Source: Copranaerobaculum intestinale (GTDB taxonomy: Bacteria; Bacillota_I; Bacilli_A; Erysipelotrichales; Erysipelotrichaceae). From it: 32,000 bases of DNA. Shown here in pieces: positions 18,892-25,963 of this stretch. The stretch covers positions 270,001 through 302,000 of the forward strand of contig NZ_WUUQ01000001.1 of the NCBI RefSeq assembly GCF_009831105.1, given 5' to 3'. A program made the position numbers and the translations under genes. How positions within the stretch are numbered: position 1 is the first letter of the stretch; every line of letters begins with the position of its first letter. A model generated the notes under the pieces. It did no database searches, was not told the DNA's origin, and saw nothing but the letters and a program-made list of their open reading frames with translations.

Positions 18892-18931
18892 AAAATCAGT
18901 ATCGCTCTCACAAGGTGCATACTGATTTTTT
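18892..18931 (+). terminator. Rho-independent terminator of the GntR/PTS locus
   Basis: AAAATCAGTAT (18892-18902) pairs with ATACTGATTTT (18919-18929) as an 11-bp perfect stem, followed by further Ts. Confidence 0.85.
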
Positions 18932-19107
18932 AGTGCTTCTTTCCCTAAATATCCCATTCATTGTCTGCAAAGACTTGTCAATTACCACCCAGCGATGGAA
19001 AGCACAGGTAATTTATTCTTTTATAAAACGAACTTCCGCATAATTATAAAAGTTAAACGAAAGAAACGACAAAGCGATAAGCGTATCTAAATATTAGATG
19101 ATGCTTA

Positions 19108-19357
19108 TTAATCAATCATAAAACGAATAATCATCATTATTACTCCCAATAGTGCTAAAGTTTGATAAACTTTAAAATCACTGCTCCGATTCAATTTCTG
19201 AGCTCGATATGCTTCCCCAATACCCAATATTGTCAACGTCGTAGCACCAAGCACTTCAGACGTTTTAGAGTCTAAAATAAATTAACATGTAATAAAAGTA
19301 TTCCAATGAAAATAATAATTAATAAAAATGTAGTTAGCAGCTTATGCTTTTTTTCAT
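19108..19357 (-). pseudogene. frameshifted remnant of a small membrane protein, weak paralogue of 19772-20038
   Basis: The ATG at 19357 is followed by an A7 run and a stop after 7 codons. The +1 frame continues EKKHKLLTTFLLIIIFIGILLLHVNLF-stop. A third frame then reads ...TSEVLGATTLTILGIGEAYRAQKLNRSSDFKVYQTLALLGVIMMIIRFMID-stop (19108-19110). Both pieces are collinear by eye with KKYGSLIVLLICIVISGVLYFN and TSTVIDALAGLGWIIYEARKAKLENRT of the 88-aa neighbour. Confidence 0.35.
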
Positions 19358-19523
19358 GTTAATCATCTCTCTTTATAATCATGCGTATATATATGGTTTT
19401 CTCTTCAATAAAGAAAGGCGTATTGTCTATTATTGCATTGTACTTTATTTTGTATATCAATAAGAAAGCACCCTGTGTTTATCATATAATTCATTATTTT
19501 GATAGATTACTTTTTCTTTTTTA

Positions 19524-19772
19524 TTACAAAAAATAAAATACAAACATCAAAATGAATACTATTTTAAAAACGATCAAAAACCTATTGAGATGGCCGGTTA
19601 TACAATAACTTAGATTCGATCTTACACCAAACATATTCATGCTTATGATAGGAAATGAATATAAAATGTCAGCAATCCCTAAAATAATGATTCTAGCAAG
19701 AAAATCAAGTTACTATTTAATAACTTCATCTAATTCTTCATAAGAAAAATTTTCATCTTTCTTTGATGTCAT
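19524..19772 (-). pseudogene. small ORF interrupted by tandem in-frame stops (19-codon peptide plus hydrophobic remainder)
   Basis: The ATG at 19772-19770 overlaps the stop of the 88-aa ORF (TAATG). It reads MTSKKDENFSYEELDEVIK, then TAG TAA (19715-19710). The same frame then continues for 61 codons as LDFLARIIILGIADILYSFPIISMNMFGVRSNLSYCITGHLNRFLIVFKIVFILMFVFYFL, ending in TAA TAA. Confidence 0.3.
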
Positions 19773-20038
19773 TACAATAAATCAATAATCAGCATGATTG
19801 CCTCTATACACACACCGATGAAAAAAATTTTAGCGACGATAGTACGATTTTCCAATTTTGCTTTTCTAGCCTCGTAGATAATCCATCCAAGACCCGCTAA
19901 AGCATCAATGACTGTACTTGTTTGATGATTAATAATTTTATTGAAGTAAAGTACTCCTGAAATGACTATACAAATTAATAATACGATAAGGGATCCATAT
20001 TTTTTTATAAACGTTTCCTCTTTTATCTTTTTTTCCAT
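19772..20038 (-). CDS. small membrane protein (88 aa, about three hydrophobic helices), function unknown
   Basis: Intact ORF with a purine-rich RBS (GAAAGGAAAAAGGG) upstream. The N-terminus is charged and is followed by hydrophobic segments. I recognise no family. Confidence 0.5.
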   Translation of the reverse strand: MEKKIKEETFIKKYGSLIVLLICIVISGVLYFNKIINHQTSTVIDALAGLGWIIYEARKAKLENRTIVAKIFFIGVCIEAIMLIIDLL

Positions 20039-20397
20039 AATCTTAAACCCTTTTTCCTTTCTAAATATTTGTGCTAATTATCATAATAGCTCATCGTTTA
20101 ACAGATTTAAATTATCCAAATTCAATTATTGATCCCATCAGATAAATCATGATAATTGCCTCCCTTCGCACCCATTAATCAACCTTAACTCTGACAACTT
20201 TATTGTATCAAGTTATCTATATATGTGAATAGATTTGGTATGAGATGTCACTTTTTATGTATGAAATGCATTATTTTTGATTTTCTTAAAACTCATCATT
20301 ACTAAAAACTACAACCTTATTAAAAGCTTATTGAATTATGTTAAGATTTGGATTGAGAATCTAAAGATGTGTTTCAGAAACTATTTTCAGGAAAGTG

Positions 20398-20426
20398 TTG
20401 CAATTATTTTCATTTAGGTTTATGAT
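20398..20426 (+). promoter_or_regulatory. sigma-A-type promoter of the aro operon
   Basis: TTGCAA (20398-20403), 17 nt spacer, TATGAT (20421-20426). Confidence 0.6.
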
Positions 20427-20448
20427 ATACATGCTTGGAGTGATAAAT

Positions 20449-20490
20449 ATGAAAATCCAAACTCAGAACTATTATTTTTATTTTAGATAG
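20449..20490 (+). CDS. candidate aromatic-amino-acid leader peptide MKIQTQNYYFYFR
   Basis: GGAG (20437-20440) lies 8 nt upstream of the ATG at 20449. The ORF has 13 sense codons plus TAG. Codons 8-12 (20470-20484) are Tyr-Tyr-Phe-Tyr-Phe. It lies between the promoter and aroB and abuts a set of alternative hairpins. Confidence 0.55.
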   Translation: MKIQTQNYYFYFR

Positions 20491-20580
20491 TCCCAAATAA
20501 ACCATCAAAAGATTGTATGGTTATTTTGTTGTTTATTTGGGACAAAAAAAGCACAGACGATTAAGTTGGTGCTTTTTTTT
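20490..20580 (+). promoter_or_regulatory. candidate attenuator: mutually exclusive hairpins plus terminator-like stem
   Basis: A perfect 13-bp helix forms between GTCCCAAATAAAC (20490-20502) and GTTTATTTGGGAC (20531-20543). The same 5' arm can alternatively pair with 20517-20528. U-rich 20521-20529 is complementary (8 of 9) to 20542-20550. A7-GCAC (20544-20554) and GTGC-T8 (20569-20580) form a terminator-like hairpin that ends 19 nt before the aroB ATG. Confidence 0.45.
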
Positions 20581-20599
20581 CATTAAAGGAGGGCAGATC

Positions 20600-21601
20600 A
20601 TGAAACTAACAATGGACTTAGAGACAAATAGCTATGATATCCATTTGGATAACGGACTTCTTCATAAAATAGCAGATTTTATGGACGTCCACCGCAAAGT
20701 GATGGTTGTAACCGACAGCGGGGTTCCAGGTCAATATCTGGATACGGTTATGAAGCAGCTTTCTCACCCTTATTCCTATTGTTTAAAGGCCGGTGAATCC
20801 AGCAAAACTCTGGAAAATTTCAAAGCGGTATGTAAAGCTATGCTTGATCACCACTTTACCAGAAAGGATGCTGTGCTTGCGCTGGGAGGCGGTGTAGTCG
20901 GTGATTTGGCTGGGTTTGCGGCGGCGAGTTATATGCGGGGCATTGACTTCATTAATATTCCCACTACTACCCTCGCTCAGATTGACAGCAGTATCGGCGG
21001 TAAAGTGGCGGTAGATCTGGATGACGCAAAAAATATCATCGGTGCTTTCTATCAGCCGAAAACGGTTATTATCGATCCGCTTGTACTTTCCACATTATCA
21101 AAGCGGCATTATCGTAACGGACTTGTAGAAGCGTTGAAAGCAGGACTGATCTATGATCGTGAGTTATTTGAAATCTTTGAGAATGAGGATATTCACGCTT
21201 CCTTGGAAACAATTCTCGAGCGATCACTGAGGGTTAAAAAAGCCGTGGTTGAAGCGGATGAAAAAGAAAAAGGTATACGCAAAATTCTGAATTTCGGACA
21301 TACGATCGGACATGGTATTGAGAGTGCCGGCGGACTGACAGCGCTCCTGCATGGAGAGGCGGTTGCGTTGGGCATGCTGCCGATGATTGAAGATGAGCAG
21401 CTGCGAAAGCGATGCCGAGATATCTATAAAAAGTTAGATCTGCCACTTACCTATGACTTGTCTAAGGAAGCTATTTACGAATGGATGCTGAAAGATAAAA
21501 AAGCAGATGGCGAAGATCTGATTACCATCGTCAAGGTGGCAGAATGCGGAAAAGCAAAACTGGTTACTGTCCCATTCATTGATTTATATAACTATCTGTA
21601 A
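20600..21601 (+). CDS. aroB: 3-dehydroquinate synthase
   Basis: About 333 aa. Motifs GGGVVGDLAGFAAASYMRGIDFINIPTTTLAQIDSSIGGKVAVDL and the metal-site pattern LNFGHTIGH...HGEAVA. I moved the start from the track's 20513 to the ATG at 20600, which follows an AAAGGAGGG RBS. The track's extension runs through the leader hairpins. Confidence 0.93.
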   Translation: MKLTMDLETNSYDIHLDNGLLHKIADFMDVHRKVMVVTDSGVPGQYLDTVMKQLSHPYSYCLKAGESSKTLENFKAVCKAMLDHHFTRKDAVLALGGGVVGDLAGFAAASYMRGIDFINIPTTTLAQIDSSIGGKVAVDLDDAKNIIGAFYQPKTVIIDPLVLSTLSKRHYRNGLVEALKAGLIYDRELFEIFENEDIHASLETILERSLRVKKAVVEADEKEKGIRKILNFGHTIGHGIESAGGLTALLHGEAVALGMLPMIEDEQLRKRCRDIYKKLDLPLTYDLSKEAIYEWMLKDKKADGEDLITIVKVAECGKAKLVTVPFIDLYNYL

Positions 21602-21611
21602 GGGGAACAAT

Positions 21612-22712
21612 ATGAAAAATACATTTGGAACAAATATCACCTATACATTATTTGGAGAAAGCCACGGCGAGGCAGTTGGCATTGTCATCGACGGTCTGCC
21701 GGCGGGCATTCTCATCGATCAAAAGTTCATCGCTGAGCAGATGGATAAGCGCAAAGCAGTCGGTAAAATATCCACCCAGCGTCACGAAGCGGATAAAGTG
21801 GAAATTATCAGTGGGTTGTTTGAAGGACATACAACCGGAACACCGCTTACTATGCTGATAAAAAATACCGCTCAGCATAGTAATGACTATCAATCACTGC
21901 GATACCGAGTGCGCCCCGGTCATGCAGATTATACAGCACATGTAAAATATCATGGTAATCAGGACTATCGAGGCGGCGGACATTTCAGTGGACGTCTGAC
22001 CGCTCCTATCGTAGCTGCCGGGGCAGTGGCTATGCAGCTGCTGCAAACCATGAATATCGATATGGGTACTCACATATTGCAGTGTCATCAGATAAAGGAT
22101 AATTCGTTCAGTGATAACAAAGCAACGCTCAAGGATCAAATACAACGGCTGAAAGAAACCGAATTTCCGGTTCTTGAGCCTGCTATTGGCAAGGATATGA
22201 TTCAGTTTATTGAGAAAACTGCCCATATGAAAGACAGTGTCGGCGGCGTACTCGAAACGGCTGTCATCAATGTACCGGCGGGATTGGGAGAACCATTCTT
22301 CAATTCTATGGAAAGCACTCTCTCACAGCTATTATTTTCAATTCCCGGTGTAAAAGGAGTAAGCTTCGGATCAGGCACTGCTTTTGCAGATCATTACGGC
22401 AGTGAAATGAACGATTCCTTTATATATGAGGAAGGTGTAAAAACAGCTACCAATCATAACGGAGGTATCAATGGCGGTATTACCAATGGAATGCCTTTAC
22501 GGTTTACAACGATTATAAAACCAACCCCATCTATCTATAAGCCGCAAAATACTATTGATTTGGAAACAAATAAAGAAGTATCATTAACCATTCAAGGCAG
22601 ACATGATCCTGCTATCATCCACCGCGCTCGCATCGTCGTAGATGCCGTTACCGCAATCGGAATATTAGAAGCAATTACATGTTCACAGGCGATTGAGCCG
22701 TTCTATTCATAA
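21612..22712 (+). CDS. aroC: chorismate synthase
   Basis: Motifs FGESHGEAVGIVIDGLPAG, RPGHADY, GGGHFSGR and GRHDP. I moved the start to the ATG at 21612 (MKNTFG...), which follows an AAGGGG RBS. Confidence 0.93.
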   Translation: MKNTFGTNITYTLFGESHGEAVGIVIDGLPAGILIDQKFIAEQMDKRKAVGKISTQRHEADKVEIISGLFEGHTTGTPLTMLIKNTAQHSNDYQSLRYRVRPGHADYTAHVKYHGNQDYRGGGHFSGRLTAPIVAAGAVAMQLLQTMNIDMGTHILQCHQIKDNSFSDNKATLKDQIQRLKETEFPVLEPAIGKDMIQFIEKTAHMKDSVGGVLETAVINVPAGLGEPFFNSMESTLSQLLFSIPGVKGVSFGSGTAFADHYGSEMNDSFIYEEGVKTATNHNGGINGGITNGMPLRFTTIIKPTPSIYKPQNTIDLETNKEVSLTIQGRHDPAIIHRARIVVDAVTAIGILEAITCSQAIEPFYS

Positions 22713-22728
22713 GAGGAAGGAAACTATC

Positions 22729-23745
22729 ATGATTATAACAATGAAAAAAGACGCACCAAAAGAAGAAATCGACCGTATTATCCAAAGCATTGAAAATAAA
22801 GGACTCAATGTTAATATGATATCAGGAACAAATTACAATGTATTTGGGGTGGTTGGTGATACGACCATTCTGGATGCGAAACAAATTGAAGCAAATAAGC
22901 ATGTCGAAAATGTTGTACGGGTTGCCGCTCCTTACAAGAAAGTAAATCGTTTATTTCACCCCGAAGACAGCATTATCGATGTCGCAGGCATCAAAGTAGG
23001 AGGCAAGGAAAATATTGTTGTTATCGGTGGTCCTTGCAGTGTTGAAGGTCAAGAGCAGATTACTGAAATCGCAAAAGAAGTAAAAGCAGCCGGTGGCGTT
23101 ATGCTTCGCGGCGGTGCTTACAAACCGCGCACTTCTCCTTATGCCTTTCAGGGTATGGGAAGCGAAGGAATCAAATGCATGGTAAATGCCCGAAAAGCGA
23201 CTGGGCTGCCAATCGTCAGTGAAATCATGAGCATTGATAAAATAGATGAATTTGTTGAAAATGTTGACTTGATTCAAGTCGGAGCCCGCAATATGCAGAA
23301 TTTCGATCTGCTGAAAGCACTAGGTAAGATCAACAAACCGATTCTGTTGAAGCGCGGATTATCCAATACGATCGAAGAATGGCTGATGTCTGCTGAATAT
23401 ATTATGGCCGGCGGAAATGAGAATGTAATACTGTGTGAACGCGGTATTCGTACGTTTGAAAAATACACTCGTAATACCTTGGATCTCAGTGTTGTTCCGA
23501 TCGTGAAAAAGAAAAGTCATCTGCCGATCATCATTGATCCATCTCATGCGACCGGTGACTGGGAGCTTGTAGAATCAATGAGCTTAGCGGCTATTGCCGC
23601 CGGGGCTGATGGTCTGATTATTGAAGTTCATAATTGTCCGGAATGCGCATGGAGTGACGGCATGCAAAGCTTAAAACCGGAACGATTTGCTGAGGTAATC
23701 CGTAAAGGCAGAGCAATCGCTCAGGTTATCGGCAGAGATATCTGA
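22729..23745 (+). CDS. aroF: 3-deoxy-7-phosphoheptulonate (DAHP) synthase, type I-beta with N-terminal ferredoxin-like regulatory domain
   Basis: The catalytic barrel has GPCSVEG, RGGAYKPRTSPY.FQG, KRG and DPSH motifs. An N-terminal extension of about 70 aa (MIITMKKDAPKEEIDRIIQSIENKGLNV...) resembles the Thermotoga-type regulatory domain. I moved the start to the ATG at 22729, which follows an AGAGGAAGG RBS. Confidence 0.9.
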   Translation: MIITMKKDAPKEEIDRIIQSIENKGLNVNMISGTNYNVFGVVGDTTILDAKQIEANKHVENVVRVAAPYKKVNRLFHPEDSIIDVAGIKVGGKENIVVIGGPCSVEGQEQITEIAKEVKAAGGVMLRGGAYKPRTSPYAFQGMGSEGIKCMVNARKATGLPIVSEIMSIDKIDEFVENVDLIQVGARNMQNFDLLKALGKINKPILLKRGLSNTIEEWLMSAEYIMAGGNENVILCERGIRTFEKYTRNTLDLSVVPIVKKKSHLPIIIDPSHATGDWELVESMSLAAIAAGADGLIIEVHNCPECAWSDGMQSLKPERFAEVIRKGRAIAQVIGRDI

Positions 23746-25016
23746 TGAAAGCAGTAGTATATCCGTTTCACCCTGCCGGTACCGTTACTGTTCCACCCAG
23801 CAAAAGCATGTCACATCGCGCAATCATCTGTGCTTCACTCGCTTCCGGAACCAGCATAATCCGTAATATTGCATGGTCTGAAGATATTCTGGTTACATTG
23901 GAAGGAATGAAAAAATTGGGTGCGCACATCAATCAATATGATGATTATGCGGAAATCACCGGCATCCAAAGCTTTCAGGATATTCAGGATACAAATATCT
24001 TCTGTAATGAATCAGGCAGTACCCTTCGATTTTTCATTCCGATATTTTCTCTTTGTAAGCAAGCAATTACATTTCATGGACAGGGAAGACTAATGCAGCG
24101 GCCGCAGAGTGTATATAAAGAGATATTCGATCGGCAACATTTATCCTTTCAACAGGATCAAGATCATATCAAAATAAACGGTCAGCTGCAAGCCGGTGAA
24201 TATACCGTGCGAGGTGATATCAGCTCTCAATTCATCAGCGGCCTATTATTCACCCTTCCTCTCTTGGATAAGAAATCAATTATCCATATCATGGAGCCTT
24301 TTGAATCTCGTTCCTATATTCAACTGACAATTGATATGCTGAAACGGTTTCAGATTGATGTTGAATGGCTGGATGAAAATACGATTGCAGTTGAGGGCAA
24401 GCAACACTATCAACCATGCGATTATACGATTGAAGGAGATTTTTCACAGTTTGCTTTTTTTGGAGTATTGGCGGCAATCAATCATGATCTCTGCATTAAA
24501 GGTATGGATATTACTTCTAAACAGGGTGATAAGGCAATTCTTTCAATATTGGAGCAGGCTGGCATTACTGTTCATACCGAGGAAAACGGCTATCAGATCC
24601 AACATGGTATCATCAATCCGATAACCATTGATTTGCAGGATTGTCCTGATTTAGGACCAATTCTGACCGTTCTGGGCATGTATGCAAAAGGAACGATTCA
24701 AATCATTCATGCCGGCAGATTACGCATCAAGGAAAGTGATCGGATTGAAGCCATGGAAACAGAGCTTCGTAAATGCGGAGTCAATATTCATTCTACGCAG
24801 GATACTATTACCATATGTGGTAAAACACAGTATCAGGGCGGTGTGCATTTTAACGGACATAATGATCATAGAATTGTCATGAGTCTAGCAATAGCGGCTT
24901 CTCGAATGGAACAGCCATGCACCATCCATGGTGCTCAGGCTATACGAAAGTCCTATCCGAATTTTTTCCAAGATTTACAGAAAATCGGCGGCAAGGTGGT
25001 GATCTCAGATGATTGA
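23745..25016 (+). CDS. aroA: 3-phosphoshikimate 1-carboxyvinyltransferase (EPSP synthase)
   Basis: 423 aa. Motifs PPSKSMSHRA, NESGSTLRF, RMQRP-like LMQRPQ, SSQFISGLL and KESDRI. ATGA overlap with the preceding gene. Confidence 0.93.
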   Translation: MKAVVYPFHPAGTVTVPPSKSMSHRAIICASLASGTSIIRNIAWSEDILVTLEGMKKLGAHINQYDDYAEITGIQSFQDIQDTNIFCNESGSTLRFFIPIFSLCKQAITFHGQGRLMQRPQSVYKEIFDRQHLSFQQDQDHIKINGQLQAGEYTVRGDISSQFISGLLFTLPLLDKKSIIHIMEPFESRSYIQLTIDMLKRFQIDVEWLDENTIAVEGKQHYQPCDYTIEGDFSQFAFFGVLAAINHDLCIKGMDITSKQGDKAILSILEQAGITVHTEENGYQIQHGIINPITIDLQDCPDLGPILTVLGMYAKGTIQIIHAGRLRIKESDRIEAMETELRKCGVNIHSTQDTITICGKTQYQGGVHFNGHNDHRIVMSLAIAASRMEQPCTIHGAQAIRKSYPNFFQDLQKIGGKVVISDD

Positions 25017-25890
25017 TAAGGATACAAAATTTCTAATTGTTGGATTAGGGTTGATCGGCGGCAGCTATGCAATGGGCTTAACCCGTCAGGGATATCATGT
25101 CAGCGCGCTTGACACCAATGAAGACAGCATTCAATTTGCACTAGATCATCAATATATTGAGAATGGTGCTGTTTTCGATGAAAAATTGATTCAGGATGCA
25201 GATGTTATTATTTCTGCATTATATCCACTAACCATGATTGATTGGATTTCCACCTATCAGGAATTCTTCAAATCAGGTATTCTCATCACTGATGTTAGCG
25301 GGGTCAAGCAGCATATCGTTGAGACCGTTCAGCGAAATCTCAGAAAGGATGTTGAATTTATCGCTTCTCATCCAATGGCCGGAAAAGAAGTCAGCGGGGT
25401 AAGAAACAGTGATGATCATATTTTTGAAATCGCAAATTTCATAATCACGCCAACTCCAAACAATTCCAAAAGGGCAATCGCATTTATGAAGGATTTTGCG
25501 GCAATTCTGAACTTTCACCATATTACAACGTTAACGCCTAAACAACATGATGAAATGATCGGCTTTGTATCCCAGCTAACACATGTAATCGCGGTTAGTC
25601 TCATGAATACCAACGACAATACTCATCTTGTCGAATACACCGGTGACAGCTTCCGTGATCTAACCCGTATTGCAAAGATCAATGAAAATATGTGGTCAGA
25701 GCTATTTTTTCTAAACAAGGATAATCTTATTCGGGAAATCGAAGATTTTGAGAAAGAGCTCAATCACTTAAAACAAAAGCTGGCAGACAATGATGAAGCC
25801 GGTTTAAAAGCACTTTTCCGTCAGTCTACCCAGCGTCGTACGCTTTTCGACAAAATTGATAAGCCTGATCAGCATAAAAGCAATCAATAA
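25009..25890 (+). CDS. tyrA: prephenate dehydrogenase
   Basis: 293 aa. Rossmann motif IVGLGLIGGS, then ASHPMAGKE, then the PDH dimerisation domain (FRDLTRIA..N..MW). Overlaps aroA by 8 nt. Confidence 0.9.
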   Translation: MIDKDTKFLIVGLGLIGGSYAMGLTRQGYHVSALDTNEDSIQFALDHQYIENGAVFDEKLIQDADVIISALYPLTMIDWISTYQEFFKSGILITDVSGVKQHIVETVQRNLRKDVEFIASHPMAGKEVSGVRNSDDHIFEIANFIITPTPNNSKRAIAFMKDFAAILNFHHITTLTPKQHDEMIGFVSQLTHVIAVSLMNTNDNTHLVEYTGDSFRDLTRIAKINENMWSELFFLNKDNLIREIEDFEKELNHLKQKLADNDEAGLKALFRQSTQRRTLFDKIDKPDQHKSNQ

Positions 25891-25928
25891 ATGAATGTAT
25901 GATCAGTATATATACAGCTATCTGCGTA

Positions 25929-25961
25929 TAAAAGCCGTTTCTTGTTATGACGGCTTTTTTT
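25929..25961. terminator. bidirectional Rho-independent terminator between convergent tyrA and the VanY-like gene
   Basis: AAAAGCCGT (25930-25938) pairs with ACGGCTTTT (25950-25958), with an A-run 5' and a T7 run 3'. Confidence 0.85.
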
Positions 25962-25963
25962 GT

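Noticed and set aside
19381-19533. 51-codon plus-strand ORF (MRIYMVFSSIKKGVLSIIALYFILY...) in the AT-rich region.
   Set aside because: There is no purine-rich RBS upstream. Hydrophobic and Tyr/Phe/Ile-rich translation is expected by chance in AT-rich DNA, and the ORF overlaps the minus-strand remnant ORFs.
20430-20600. T-box leader upstream of the aro operon.
   Set aside because: The leader is only about 170 nt. I cannot find the conserved T-box sequence (…GGUGGUACCGCG-like) or the AGAGA/GNUGGA-type specifier-loop features. The short ORF with five aromatic codons is the better explanation.
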